In this document: positions 23,392-36,842 of the stretch, one piece after another | Layout: each line of letters begins with the position of its first letter | How positions within the stretch are numbered: position 1 is the stretch's first letter | NCBI GenBank assembly: GCA_032718475.1 | Contig: JAUCBJ010000417.1 | Coordinates: forward strand, 1 to 64,000 | Origin: Nemertoderma westbladi | Lineage: Eukaryota; Animalia; Xenacoelomorpha | DNA length: 64,000 nt | Reading direction: 5' to 3' | The notes under the pieces: model-generated | What the model was told of the DNA's origin: nothing | Databases searched by the model: none | The model's input: only the letters and a program-made list of their open reading frames with translations | Position numbers and translations under genes: made by a program

Positions 23392-24587
23392 TGTAAAAGC
23401 TTTTGTGGGATAACTGATTCATTTGCTTTGCTAACCAGTTCCCCCCAGTCGCTGAATACTCTAAAAAGGGATCTATAGGTAAAATAGTGCAAGCTACCAG
23501 CTTATTGGCTGATGGGCTGTACGAGAGTATCTGGGTTCTGTTCGATCGGCCAACCAGCTTAGGGAGGTTGCCTTAGCCCTGCTGTCCGTATCGGCCAATA
23601 GAATTTGAGTGGGCGTTGATTTTGACCTATCCCAGAGCTACTGAACTGAATTTTCCTATCTCACTGCTCATCCTCTGTGTTGGACGGGAGCTTCGGGGAA
23701 TAAGGGTAGTTGGTATCCTCGTATAGTAAGGTAGTCATATGATTTTATATGATTCTGTTGTTGTGTTCCCATTTTTCGCCATAACACCGGCTTTTGGGAA
23801 GAACTCTAGTAAAACTGCTTAAATTATCGAAAGTATAAACTGTTATCAACCTAATCAATCAATCTTATCTGATCTAATTAACTCACTATTAATCATATTG
23901 TTTGTACTGTTATTTACCGTCAGTTATTAATTGTATCTATTTGTTGATGGAAATATTGCTCTTTGGAGAATACCGATAAATCACCCAAATTTCCCAATTT
24001 TCTTGATACACTACAGGTTAGAGAGACAGGCTATATATAACAATTGCGATTTATATTAATGTGGTGTGTATTGAATCTAATGTTATTTAGCAGACCCTAC
24101 ATGAGTCAATTGCTGCTCTCTTTATGTGTGATCAAATTTACTGACGGTCGGCAGAATAGTGTGCATGATTGTGATTGGTAACAAAGCATTTCCTAAAGAA
24201 TGCGCCTTATACTTTAATCATAAGCAGTATCGTTGCGTTTAGTATAAGTCCTAGTTCTGTTTAAATAGATAAAGCGCCACGTCCTAAAGGAACTGTTAAT
24301 ATTTCCCGAAAGCCAATAATATCTGTCAGAAATTAATTATTAGTGATCAATCGAATAATACAGTAGATTTACACTGCAACCTTACACTGCAATAATAAAA
24401 TTTAAGCAGCCGAATTCAGCCTCCCGGGTGTAGATCCATCGGGTGAATGATCGCGCATGGGCTGACTTCGGGTAATGTTTTGTTTATTAGCATAAAATAT
24501 TGTCGTATGCTAAAGGTGTTTTAATTAACTAAAAGACATATAAATTTTGGCAGGTTAAACTGCTAAAGGTCTTCAAAAGCGCGAACA
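23392..24587 (+). repeat. 3' LTR of element 1
   Basis: Direct repeat of 12349-13544, followed by TSD GATTC. Confidence 0.97.
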
Positions 24588-24592
24588 GATTC

Positions 24593-25740
24593 TGGAGTTG
24601 GAGGCTACTCTCATGTTCCACCCCGACCAACAAAGCCATTGGTGAATCTGAGGCAAGTCACTAGACTAGCCTCAGTAAACACCCTAACACTCGGGTCCCC
24701 AATGCGACAAGGTGAGCTGACTGCCTTGGCTGATAAGCTTTCTCTTAGTGCAGTGGGTGTTCAAGAGCACCGAATGCAGACTGGACAGACTGATGAGGTT
24801 CTGATTAAGTTCATGGGGGCGGTTGGCGACTCGCCCTCGCTTCAGCAGATCATAGTGACAATGGTGGAATTGGTCTATTGATGAATCCAACTGCACATGC
24901 AGCATTGGACAAAATAGACCAAATCTCTAACCGCATCATCCGTTGCCACTTCTCATGTTCTGGAAGACTGGCTAAGAAGTTTCCTAAGGTGGTTCTGATT
25001 GTGTGCTACTCTCCAACTAGTGTTGCCCCTGTAGAGGAGGTGGAAAATTTCTACCAGAATCTACAAGCAGCTACTGATGGAGTGGATCAGCATGCATTCT
25101 TAACATTCCTGGGAGACTTTAATGCAAGTCTGCATCAATCATCTACATCGCCCTGGGTATATAGCAATAGTGTTAACCGAAATTCCGTCCATCTTCAGGA
25201 TTTTATCTCTGGAAATGGATTGTTGTCGGCTGGAACCCAGTTCAAGAAGCAAACTGGAAAGCTATGGACTCATAGTGGACCCAGTGGTCACAAGTCCCAG
25301 ATAGACCATATCCTGATTCGTAGGAAATACAGGAGCTCTATACAAGACTGTAATGCATTTACACTACGACCCTTCTCCAGTGATCACCGCCTTATTGTGG
25401 CCAAGGTATGACTTAGTCTGCGTGCTAGCAGAACAACGAAATCTGCCTTGCCGCGGCATGACTGGTCCTCTCTGTTGCAACAGCCAAGTGTGAGATCCAG
25501 CTTCACACTACAGCTGAGCAACAGGCATGAGGTTCTTGCCTCTGAGGCGGCAGATCACTGTGAGGGCTATACTGCCTTCACAGAGGCAGTTAAGTTAGCA
25601 GCTGCAGAAACAGTTCCTGTATACCCTCGAAACAGGAAACGGGCCCCCTGGACTGACAACAAAATTCAGAAGTGCCGAAATGAGCTCTACAAGGCGCAGA
25701 AAGAGTCCCGACTCAAACAGACTACAGCGGCCAAGAATAC
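24593..25740 (+). pseudogene. LINE family A continuation: disrupted APE endonuclease region, 3'-truncated before RT
   Basis: LASVNTLTL, VGVQEHR, CYSPTS, LGDFNA, WTHSGPSGHKSQIDHILI, SDHRLI motifs with a frameshift and a stop. Ends abruptly in AT-rich DNA. Confidence 0.85.
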
Positions 25741-25864
25741 ATAATTATAATATAATAATAATATAATAAATATAATTGGTTCTACAGTATGAAAATCATT
25801 CATAATTAATGGTTAGCAACCGCAAGGCTAGGAAATACATATATAAAGAAATAAAGTCAATATT

Positions 25865-25961
25865 TGGGATAGGAGTTGCGCCCACCCCTACCCTCGGGTA
25901 GCAGCTATTGAAAGAGGAGCCTTCGGGTCACCTCCGGCCTCGGCTGACTGTTTGCTTGCTT
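25865..25961 (+). mobile_element. Possible 3' fragment of a SINE
   Basis: GC-rich island GGAGTTGCGCCCACCCCTAC...AGCTATTGAAAGAGGAGCCTTCGGGTCACC ending in (TTGC)n. Resembles 3' parts of marine-invertebrate SINEs; recalled, not searched. Confidence 0.4.
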
Positions 25962-26246
25962 GAAAATGACCGAAACAATTTATTTTTTTTGTAAAAAAAA
26001 TAAAATAATATATGACAAAATATACATCTGTCACGTATATTTATAGGTACCTATTTGCTACTTCGTCTAAATTTAGACGTGGTGGCTTTAATAACAATAT
26101 TATGAATGTTGGTTTTCTTTCAAAAATTAATTAATTAAATTGATTTATAATATTCAATCATTGCAACTTTCGGACCAGCACTACACGTCCATATTAACTA
26201 TAGTTTATATTATGGAGAATTGTTTGGTATACATTCACGTCTCTCT

Positions 26247-29200
26247 CTACTTTGATTGGCGCTGTATATTAGCTACTGCTACCAGGTAGGGCACGGAGTC
26301 AGTGGACGTTAGATACCCGTTGCGCAGGGCTGACTGCTGCAGTTGGATAATCCTATCCACGATCTTACGGTCGGATTCGCGCGACGGTTCAACAACTTCC
26401 TCGAGCTCTTCCACGTCGAAGCATAACTGCTGACGCGGAAGTGACGTCATAATGCGCAGTAGTTCGCGGTCCGTCCACATAAGTAGTCTGTACCGGGGTG
26501 AATATCGATTCCGCATTGGGATTAATACAAAGTTACAGAAGGTCGGATCGCCGTACGAAACGGACTTAAATTGTTCGACAAAGTTCGAATAAAAATCGAT
26601 AAAAGCGGATCCCAGTCCCGGTATGGCTGACTCGAGTTCCAAAAGAGACCAATAAGGATTAAGCTGCCATAGCAACGACTTCAGACTCTCTCTGATTGGC
26701 GGATGAAGGAAAGTGTCATCAGCCAATAGGAATACGCATAGAAGTCGAGTAAAGTGAACCGTCGGGGACAGCCAATCAAAAGCCGATTTGTTTGTTTGGT
26801 GAAAGTATAGCGCCATCTTGAGGCAGTCATCGATATTTGCGAGATGTTCCTGGCTCAGTGAATCAGACCGAATGTGGGCGGAGTTTGAGCAGGAGCCCTC
26901 GTATAGTCGGACTAAAGGAAGGTACAGCCAATCGCAAGGCATCAATCTACCCGAGTTATTTATCCTGCAGGAGGTGGGTGCATGGTTGCTATAGTAACAA
27001 CGGGAAACCTCCATGGTTTTGGGAGTACAAGGGAGACAGGCTATATAAGTATTTCGAATATTTCGGAGATTTTCTGCTGAAATAATTCTGTAATTTTCTG
27101 TGAGTTTCGTTGCGGCCGAATCTGGTTGAAATTCCGGTGAAAATAAACATTTCGAGAAAATATCGTGGAGAATCCATTCCTGGCCGGCGGAGAGGAGAAA
27201 TACCAACTTCCATGGAAGCGACTTCCAATCGTGGCCGCATAATGGCGTGTAGATCGCGAACTGACTCATCCAATAGATAAAATGAAGTTCATTTCTTACA
27301 ATAAAATGAGATTGCAAAGGGACATTTATATTATTAGAAACAGACGCAATGTAATTAGTTAGACATGGATTGTTTATCAGGAAGGAGTATTTATCAGCGA
27401 GGTCGGGTAGTTTACTGAGTGTTGCGTTTATCAAACGGAACAACGCAGCTAGAACGGGTATTACAGAACCGGAAGGGCTTAATGCGTTCTGAAATGTTCC
27501 ACAATGTAGATACATAATACTGTTAGCCGAGAGGAACTCCGATGTAATGCTGTGACCCACATAGGATACAGTTTGGAGGTTGTCAATCAAACTGGCAACG
27601 TATTTACTGAGAGAGAACGGAATTAATATCGAGATGGAGAAATCTTGTATTACCGACGTCAAATACGTCGCGTCAACGTTAATAAAAGTTACGAAATACG
27701 AGGAGAGATAATTGAATAGTGATGATAAAACTCTATTTGTAAGATAGTTATAATTAATCTCCGAACATTGCGAGAGGAGTTGTTTAGCCAACGCCAGAAT
27801 TATAGCGAATGTGGATTTGGATAAGGAGAAATGGCGATGGTTAATGGAATCGGTGTTAATCGAATTGGTTAATAAATCGATGAGTTTAATTAAACTCGAT
27901 AGAAAATCGGCGTCAATAGGGTTGATTTGTTGAGAGACATCCAGTCGCAGACACGATTGGAGATTGCTGCAGATTATTGGGTTTAAATCCTCCTGTAGGT
28001 TCTCTAACACTCTATAGGTCGCCAATGTAGACCACAGATGAATGACCTCGTGGCGTAATGAAATAGCGTCTGTTATATTTAGGTTCAAATTGCGAGGGTC
28101 TACTGATATTATACGCGATATCACGCTCTCTAAACCGAGTTTATTAACTAGAATTCTACTTAAATTCTCGCTGGTGGAACAAATCGTAGCTGTTAGCTTA
28201 ATCACCCTGGCAACGGGGTAACCGCGGGGGTCCTGTAGATCCTTAATGGCGGTAGAAATCGGGGTCCAAGTAGAAGGTAGATAGTTGGAGTAGATAGTTT
28301 GTAGCAATCGAGGGGATTCTACAACCCTCACGGACGATTCCAACCCGTGACGGGATATAACGCAGAGAATATCAAGCACATAAAAAACGGATATCGTGTC
28401 TAATCGATATTCTTCCAGGAGATATCGGAATCGATTCAATATTCCAGTCATTAGCAACCCCTTTACCACATCGGAATCCATCGTACGCATCTCCGGGCTC
28501 CTGGAATCCTCGTCGTCTTGGAGATTCATTGACGTCACAAAGGATGGGTTCACGTGACCCAAATAATTAACGTAATTTATTTCCAGGAATATTTCATCAG
28601 CCTCCACGTATATTAAACCGCGAAGCAATGCGATAGCCGCATTGAGAACCGCAGGGACTTTGTCGTCTATACTCACCCGCGTTAAGTAAATAAACTCGGG
28701 GTGGAGGAAAACTTGGAGTAAAGATTCCGACAGCTCGGAGTCGAACTGGGAGCGGTGTAAATGCGAGACGACTTGGGACATGGTTGAAAGAGCAAAGCGA
28801 CGTTGGTTGTCTATGGAGCTGCGTGCCAGGTAGACTAACTCGTCCAGGGTGTAACCGGGTAACAATGGGTCATCCCCATGGTGACACAGACCCTGATTGT
28901 CTACGTTATCATGCGAAGAGCTATTATTGGCTGTATCTATGGAGCATAACAGACCTTGGAAGTCGAATCTAGGTTTATTCCGACCTACACAACCAGGGGG
29001 AATAGCCACGGGTTTCATCCATTCCAGTTTATCTGATTCCACAACATCCATATTCAACCAACTCCTGTTTGTACTAAATCCTGCAGTTTCTATTTCAGAT
29101 GGAGCAGTAGGAGCAGTTTGTGTATCAGATGGAGCGGTTTGTATATCAGATGGAGCACTCTGTGTATCAGATGGAGCAGTTTCTGTATCAGATGGAGCAG

Positions 29201-29871
29201 TTTGTATCTCAGATGCAGCAGTTTGTGTATCAGATGGAGCAGTATCACCCATTGTTCTCTGCTCCATCCCTATTCGACCCTTTCTCCGTATAAACTCTAA
29301 AATCTTTGGATCCAGCCGCTTTTTCAGCATCCGTTGATGTTCCAATATTTCCTCTGGATCCATTACCTCGATGAGTTCAACATTCTCTTGGTGGATTTTA
29401 TTTAATTCTAACGAAATATCTGAACCTTTCGGTAGTTCTAAACCCGCCCCACTCATCAGTGATGCTCCACCACTAGCGGTTCTATCTCCCAGTTCAGTAG
29501 ATTTGTAACTCAGTCGGACTTTATCTCTATAAACGCCACCAACACCGTCGGCACTTAATTCGGTTGAACTTTTAATCAAACCAAAATCGCCAAGGGAATG
29601 TTTGTCGAAGTTCCTCGCAAATAAACTCAGTTTTTTTCCGCTACCAGGGCAGGTTGATTCGCTCCCGTAAACACGTTCCTTCACTACAGACGGGAATCCA
29701 CCAGCACTGGAGGTTATTCGGTTAATGGAACCGGGTCTGATACACTCCGTAACGGGACACGTTACCATGGTGGCATCCAATGAATGGTTGTGGTTTATAT
29801 GGGAAGATGTAGTAGTGACCGCATCTGATTGATTCGACTCATATAAATCTACAACGTCACGACCTCCTTGC
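26247..29871 (-). CDS. RPAP1: RNA polymerase II-associated protein 1, exon 2
   Basis: Acceptor tttttAG|G at 29872/29871. Motifs RDVV, RPAP1_N IHQENVELIEVMDPEEILEHQRMLKKRLDPKILEFIRRK, RPAP1_C GLCHHGDDPLLPGYTLDELVYLARSS, and C-terminal FKSVSYGDPTF. Confidence 0.92.
29085..29245 (-). repeat. 21-bp coding repeat (TAPSDTQ) inside RPAP1
   Basis: About 7-8 copies of TCAGATGGAGCAGTTTGTGTA variants. Confidence 0.9.
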
Positions 29872-30193
29872 CTAAAAATTAACAGTGAAATAATAATAAT
29901 ATTCGTATTAAATGTCGATTTTATGAATCTTATATTAATAAATGTGTAGGCTATGGACGAGTTTACATATACTTGTCATTATTGTCAATATTTCATGCGC
30001 TGTTTTTTTCTGAGAAAGTTACTAAATATATAAATACTATCCACTGGTTAATAATATCGAAATATGAGCCTTCTAACGACCAATCAACCTGTCCCCTCTA
30101 CCTCATCAGTGCAACAAAGCTTACTGATTACGGTGATAACAATAAACGTAATTACAAAACTAAATATAAACTTCTTAGTTCGACATAACTTAC

Positions 30194-30324
30194 ATACGAA
30201 CAACATCCGTAGACAAAGAATTGATCTCCCCTTTAAACTGATTGTCTTTCTGTCGTTTAAAGAATTCATCTTGTAATGCGAGGAGATCTTTATCGCTTTC
30301 GCGGGCTTTTGGCCTCGGAAGCAT
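30194..30324 (-). CDS. RPAP1: RPAP1 exon 1
   Basis: ATG at 30324 gives MLPRPKARESDKDLLALQDEFF, matching the RPAP1 N-terminus pattern. GTAAGT donor after 30194; 131 nt (phase 2) joins in frame to 29871, giving ~1251 aa. Confidence 0.85.
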
Positions 30325-30874
30325 CTTCCCTATCCTTAGTCCAACACACTAAGTTAATTAGTGTACAGCAGTAGCAGTACAGTAGTCCTGTCCTGAGTTC
30401 AGATATTCCCGAAGTGCATGTCGGTCAGCGTGTCACGTCACAGTATAGGCTAAGTAAAGTAAAAATAACCGGACTGCCGGATGACCGAAAAAATATATAA
30501 CAAACAACAATAAATTATCTGACAGTCGCCTCAAGGACTACAGCTGCTTAACTTCATGCGGCATGCCATGCGTGTATAATTACTTTGGGGACCGTTATAC
30601 AGTTATATTAAACACTTTTTACAATTTTTTTTCATAAACATTTTTTTTCATAAACAAGAATGAAGAAGGCCTAACACACGTCATAAGCCAATTGAGGGAA
30701 AGGACCAGGTTTCAGAGGCAGGCTTTTCTAACTAAAACAATAAACGGCCACTTTACCAATTAATGGAAAGGAGTAGATTACGATTACATAGCCGGGCTTT
30801 TCTAACCAAAATAATAAACGATCACTTTACCAATTGAGGGAAAGTCAAAAAGTCAGTACAGCAGTAATCTGGTA

Positions 30875-33800
30875 CCGTCAAACAGGGTTTCTTTGGCCAC
30901 TGAGGTTACTTTGGCTGAATGAAATGTTTTAAATTTCGAATTAGATTTTCAAAAAAACCGTTAGGGGCCAGAATATGAAAGTTGCTGTAGAAGATAGCTC
31001 AGATATCTTTCTTGTTGCCTTAGTAACTAAATTTTAAAAGAAAATATAAAAAGTATAAAATTTTCATAAGCTACAAAATGTAAATAATTTTCAAATTTGA
31101 AGTAGCTTTTGGAGTCCATTATAACAGACAAACAAGCGCTTCATGTTTGACCATTGTACTGCTATGATGATAACTAGTATAAATGGGCTACTAAACAGTG
31201 TCACTTATTTTTAAAAAAAACTCTGGGGTTATTGTAAAAATTACATTTGAAATTTTCGGGGTTACTTTGGCCAAAAAAATTTTAGCACAGGGTTACTTTG
31301 GCCAGTAGATTTCTCACTAACTAATTAAATATTGTGCATATAAAATATATATTATATATATAATAATAAATATTATAACTACCGGTACTAAGAACTGAAT
31401 ATTGTATGTAGGGTAGGCCTATCTGCCTACAGGCCTATAGTATTTGTACTCTGAATTATTATAGGCCTAATATTAATATAATAATATTGACCAGCTGAGG
31501 AATCGGAAGATGCCACGAATCCACGTCCGCGAACGAGGTTCAAGAAACTATGTGAACTATTCCCAATTAACATTGGATAAAGCACTTACGGACATCAGTA
31601 ATGGCGCATCAGTCCGATCAGTGGCACAGGGTTCGGGTATCCCACGGTCGACGCTCCAAAACAAATTAGCTGGAAAACATCCCAGCCACTACGGCGCCCC
31701 ATATCAACTTATGCCAGAAGAAGAAGAAATTGTTGTTGGTGTATTGATTACCTGTGGGGAGTTTGGCTACCCATTGTCTATGAAAGAACTGGCATATATT
31801 ATCTCAAATCATTTAAACCGAAAAGGTAGAACAACTCGTTTTACTGACAATATACCAGGGGAGGACTGGTGTCGCCGATTTATTGAGAGACACAACGACA
31901 AGCTTTCAGAACGCACCACACAAAACATAAAGTCAACACGTGCTGCTACAACCATTGCAACTATTGAGTTGTACTTTGACAATCTTGAGGAAGTTGTTAA
32001 AGATGTTCCTGTATCCAACATCCTTAATTTCGACGAAACAAATCTGTCGGACAACCCAGGTAATAAAAAGTGCATCTTTAAGAGGGCTGTTAAATATCCC
32101 GAACGCATTATGAATTATTCCAAAGGCGCCATATCACTAATGTTTGCAGGAACCGGTGATGGACAATTGTTGCCAGTGTATGTTGTGTATAAGAGTATTG
32201 GTCTCTGGTCTACATGGTGCGAGGGTGGGCCTCCTGGGACGCGCTATTCTAGAACCGAGTCTGGATGGTTTGATACCAGGGCATTTGAGGACTGGTTTAA
32301 AGGGATCGTAGTGCCATGGGCTAGGAGGTTGGAGGGTCAAAAGGTTGTAATAGGGGACAACCTCAGCAGCCATCTAAGCATAGAGGTTCTTCGTCTATGC
32401 AGTGAAAATAATATCCGTTTCGCATTCCTGCCGAAGAACACAACACATATCACACAACCATTAGATGTTGCGTTCTTTGCTCCACTAAAGAAGTCTTGGC
32501 GGGGAATCATCACGACTTACAAGCGTAAACATCCCCGCGCATCTGCTGTCGACAAAGATCTATTCCCAACCTTTCTCTGCCAGCTATTAGAAGAGATTGG
32601 AGCTAAGACAAAAGTGAACATAATGGCCGGATTCAGAGCTTGTGGTATAGCTCCACTGGAACGCACCAAGGTGTTGTCAAAGTTGGTAGAGTATCGTCAG
32701 CAAAACGCTGGAAACTGCCGTGAAAGCATAGGGGAATCTGTGGTAGAGTACTTGCGTGAAGCAAGAGCAGCAGACACAAATTCAGAACCACGAAGGAAAC
32801 GAAAGAAGGTAGATATAGAACCGGGTAAATCTGTCACCTTGGATGAAATGGAAAGACTTAAAGTGATCAATGAAGCAGCGAAAGAAGGTTCAAAGAAGAT
32901 ATCCAAGGGCAATAAGAAGGCTTCAATGTCTACCAATGTTCTTCCTTCAACCGCGGATGTTGCAATAACTGTGGATGGTCATTCAACTGGTGATGGTCAC
33001 TCAACAGCTGACTGTCCTTCAACTTCGGATGATCGTGGTGACGATGGTCCTTCAACCTCAGATGATCGTGGTGACGATGGTCCTTCAACCTCGGATAATC
33101 GTGGTGAAGATGATAACATATGTTATAAGTGTGGAAAGGATTGGCGGTTTGATGATGTATCCAACCAGCAGTTGTGGGTCCTTTGTGACATTTGTGATGA
33201 GAACTGGGGTTGCACATCCTGTGTGGGTCTTGCATTTGACTACGAGGATGATTTTTACTGTGAGAACTGTGTGAATCAATGAGAAACTCAATTTACTTGT
33301 GTTAATAATATCTGTCTACAATATTACCAATTGCAAATGAAAAACAATATAAGTGCTGTAGTATTTGTACCAGTATTGTCTAAGAAGTTTAAGTAACAAT
33401 AACGCATTGCTCCCGTGTATGCTGTGTTCAATGCAAATTAATTATTCATTTTGTGATACCCGGTAATTGTTTTCTGTGAAAAAACGGCGTTACGGAAAGG
33501 TATGAGAAGTCGTATGAGGTAATGTCAGAAAGAATCTAGAATTGAAAGTGAAATCGGTTTTTTTATAACTAAAACATGTAAAACCTTAAAGCATTCTTGC
33601 CAAACTGCCGAAACATAAAACTTTGCAGGAAAACTTCTGGGACCGGGGCTCAAACCCACGAACACGGATTTAGATACTGTATATACTGTTTTACTCTAGC
33701 CGATGAGCTAATGAAAAACATATACTGTATACAGGTATAGTGTATATGTATCCCATCGATAAAGGGCTCTTCCAAAGAAATAAAACTACAATCAAGAAGC

Positions 33801-34228
33801 AAGAAGGGAACAAAAACAACAAGGTGGATTGCTTTGGCCACTATTCGTATACTCGCTGATTCACAATGTAGATTGTAATAGAATCTCAAAAACTACAGTA
33901 TCTTTGTTGAATTTGTCTTTAAGAAACGTATATAATACGTCACTATTTGTTACTGGGTGCCAAAGTAACCTACTGGGGTGTTTACTTCGGTTTTGCATTG
34001 AATAACATGAATGGCCAAAGTAACCCCGGGTTAATGGGTTACTTTGGCCACATTTTAAGAAAAAAAATAATATAATAGGAAATAATTTTGTAATTGTTTT
34101 TCTTGCTGAATCCATCTATGAAAAGTAAAATATCCTGATGATATATGAATTTTCACGAAATTGCATGAATTGTGGAAGTTATTCCTCAAAAAGTTCCAAA
34201 AATGGTACAAAGTAACCCCGCTTGACGG
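30875..34228 (+). mobile_element. Full-length pogo/Fot1-like (DD35D) DNA transposon
   Basis: TA TSD on both sides. Imperfect TIRs CCGTCAAACAGGGTTTCTTTGGCCA / CCGTCAAGCGGGGTTACTTTGTACCA. Subterminal GGTTACTTTGGC repeats at both ends. Confidence 0.92.
31510..33282 (+). CDS. pogo-family transposase (HTH_psq, CENP-B HTH, DDE_1, C-terminal PHD-like finger)
   Basis: SVRSVAQGSGIPRSTL, PGEDWCRRFIERH, NFDETN, GDNLSSH-x-QPLD with 35 residues between the last two D, C-terminal CYKC...WVLCDICDENWGCTSC...FYCENC. Confidence 0.93.
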   Translation: MPRIHVRERGSRNYVNYSQLTLDKALTDISNGASVRSVAQGSGIPRSTLQNKLAGKHPSHYGAPYQLMPEEEEIVVGVLITCGEFGYPLSMKELAYIISNHLNRKGRTTRFTDNIPGEDWCRRFIERHNDKLSERTTQNIKSTRAATTIATIELYFDNLEEVVKDVPVSNILNFDETNLSDNPGNKKCIFKRAVKYPERIMNYSKGAISLMFAGTGDGQLLPVYVVYKSIGLWSTWCEGGPPGTRYSRTESGWFDTRAFEDWFKGIVVPWARRLEGQKVVIGDNLSSHLSIEVLRLCSENNIRFAFLPKNTTHITQPLDVAFFAPLKKSWRGIITTYKRKHPRASAVDKDLFPTFLCQLLEEIGAKTKVNIMAGFRACGIAPLERTKVLSKLVEYRQQNAGNCRESIGESVVEYLREARAADTNSEPRRKRKKVDIEPGKSVTLDEMERLKVINEAAKEGSKKISKGNKKASMSTNVLPSTADVAITVDGHSTGDGHSTADCPSTSDDRGDDGPSTSDDRGDDGPSTSDNRGEDDNICYKCGKDWRFDDVSNQQLWVLCDICDENWGCTSCVGLAFDYEDDFYCENCVNQ

Positions 34229-34775
34229 TACTCACTCTATAACCAAAAAAAATCAGATAGTCAACGAGCAGATGAGTCAAGCAATAGGTACCGGTACGCA
34301 GCTGTAGAATGACAATTAGAAACGGTTGAAACAACGGTCCTCAAGTAACAAGACCCACTTGCTGGCATGCGGTCAATGGAATGCGGTTAACCATTTAGGG
34401 CCTATGGTAAGATTCATCATACTGACAGTATGATTCAGTAGTGCGTAGGCAGTAGGTACAGCAGTATGCAGTGGCGGTACAACAGTACACAAACACGTTC
34501 GTGGGCCCTTCGCGCAGCACGAGGCCCAGTTATGAGATACAAATTAAAATTGAGCGACTGTATCACAAAATCAGGTTTTGAGAAATTTACCCACACCACC
34601 AATCAATCCAAGAAAGGGGGACAGTACGTGTTCACCCCTTTTAATCTCTCCACCCCCCCCCCCCCCCCCCCACCCTTCCCAACCACCAATACATAACCGC
34701 GACATCTACCACCCACGGAAGGGTAGAACGAACTTATTTCCAATCGCACGTTCAATATGCAAAGCCAGGTGGTGT

Positions 34776-35240
34776 ATAGGAATATAATCAACGCCGTACT
34801 CGTCTTAATTATTATAAGCGTCGTTGCGCTCGTCCTGTTTTGTATTTAAATATATTTCCTAAACGCAGACTGGCAATCTTTATAACTATGGATACGTGCA
34901 ATATGCGAAACCAGGAATGGTTTATAGGAATATAATCAATGCCGTACTCGTCTTAATTATTATAAGCGTCGTTGCGCTCGTCCTGTTTTGTATTTAAATA
35001 TATTTTCTAAACGCAGACTGGCAATCTTTATAACTATGGATACGTGCAATATGCGAAACCAGGAATGGTTTATAGGAATATAATCAACGCCGTACTCGTC
35101 TTAATTATTATAAGCGTCGTTGCGCTCGTCCTGTTTTGTATTTAAATATATTTCCTAAACGCAGACTGGCAATCTTTATAACTATGGATACGTGCAATAT
35201 GCGAAACCAGGTATGGTTTATAGGAATATAATCAATGCAG
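34776..35240. repeat. 148-bp tandem repeat, ~3.1 copies
   Basis: ATAGGAATATAATCAA recurs at 34776, 34924, 35072 and 35220. Diverged inverted copies at ~60590-60830. Confidence 0.93.
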
Positions 35241-36152
35241 AACGCAGTACTAAATGCAATCGATGCAGTAATGATATTCAAATAATTAATTTAATACCAG
35301 TACCCTCTGTTAATGCCTCAGTGTAAAAACTTAGACAATTCAACTACAAAGATATCCCATCAAAAAATAATAAGCCCAATATTTATGAGGAAAAAACAAG
35401 TATGGATATAAATAAGCCTTCTGCAGTGGTAAAATGTTATTGACTGACATTTATTAAATGAGATCTGTCTAACACACAATAACACAATAATAGACTGAAT
35501 AGTAGGGAATTCAGATTTCTATCTCGTTAGCTAGCTATGGCCAATCTGTCTACCGGCCTGTACACATGTGGTTACTTACATTCGCATTCCCATTGAAGAG
35601 CACTGGCTGTTCTACACACACCAAACATCCTTCCTATCCTATGTACCAGCACCGAGCCAACTTGGATGTTAACCAATAAATGATCAGTATTTAATGAGAA
35701 TCAATTTTTTTTGCCGTTTTAATTACTTTAGATCAATTAAAGACACAATTATTAAAGCAAATCACTTGAACTAATTAAAAACTATAATAGAATGGCGTAT
35801 GTGGATTACATCTGTATAATTTTTAATTATAATTATTTAAATCTTATACTGTAAAACAATTGATTTCCTTTAAAAGGCAGGTTTAAAATGGTGTTTTTAC
35901 CGTAATCAACTTAATTAACTAATTAACTGCTATTATCTTAGCTTCTCGAAGGCCACACGGAAATTCTACTTGGAAAATTTCTAAACTTTTGCCAAACAAC
36001 ATGTGTACCAAGTTTGGATAGATTTCATCAAAGATTGGCCGAGTTATTAACGTTTAAAATTGAACGCGACAGAACGACAGAACGACAGAACGACAGGTTG
36101 ATTAATGGTACCACTACGCTAAGGCTCACTCACTTCGTGGCTCGCCCCACAG
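34776..36152 (+). mobile_element. Helentron/HINE-like non-autonomous element (copy A; boundaries approximate)
   Basis: ~150-bp core tandem repeats, conserved block ...TGTACCAAGTTTGG..., short (GACAGAAC)n microsatellite and terminal CTTCGTGGCTCGCCCC. Inverted copy at 59927-60830; another terminus at ~36930-36967. Confidence 0.55.
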
Positions 36153-36394
36153 GGTTGCCACAGGATTTAAATGACCCGCTCATAAATCAATGCAGCCAAT
36201 TGACGGGTGTTTGAAAAAGGTGGACTGGACACAGAAAACGTGGACAATGGACAGACCAATCAGGGGCGATTTGGGTCTCACAGCATGTCCACCTTTTTCA
36301 GCTTTGTTGTCCACCTTTTTCAAATTTGAATAAGGTGGACTGGGTTGAGAAAGAACAGGCAATGAATTGACCAATCAGATTGATTTGCACATTA

Positions 36395-36842
36395 GGGGCC
36401 GTCCAAGTATGACGTCAGCACTTTAGGGGGGGAGGGGGGTTGGGAAAATCTGATGACGTGCTGATGAGGGGAGGGGGTCAGCCAAAATCTGACGTCGGCA
36501 TGTTCATTTATATGTGCTACAGTAGAATAGATATACAGTAGCTATTGAGGATAGATTCAGTCCCTGGCTGATTGAATAACTATTATTATATTATAATATT
36601 AATTAATAATTTACTATAATTATATAATTCATAATTTGATTAAAAATAATAATTTAATGATTTACAAGTGATTATAAATAATCTTCATAATATAATAGTT
36701 TATTACAAAAATTTTTTTTAATCTGATTTAGGGGATGAGGGGGGGGGGGGGGGGTATCAACGCCTAGCTGATGAAATCTTATTTGGGAGGGAGAGGGTCA
36801 ACATTTTGGGGAAAAGTGCAGACGTCATACTTGGACGGCCCC
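36395..36842. mobile_element. PIF/Harbinger-like MITE
   Basis: TTA TSD. Perfect TIR GGGGCCGTCCAAGTATGACGTC, extending imperfectly to GCACTTT. Confidence 0.88.

Larger units (their letters stand above)
12349..24587 (+). mobile_element. BEL/Pao LTR retrotransposon element 1 (non-autonomous, young)
   Basis: 1196-bp TG...CA LTRs with only two substitutions noticed, 5-bp TSD GATTC (12344-12348 / 24588-24592), Pao-type gag-protease ORF, purine tract GGGAGCGG before the 3' LTR. Confidence 0.95.
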
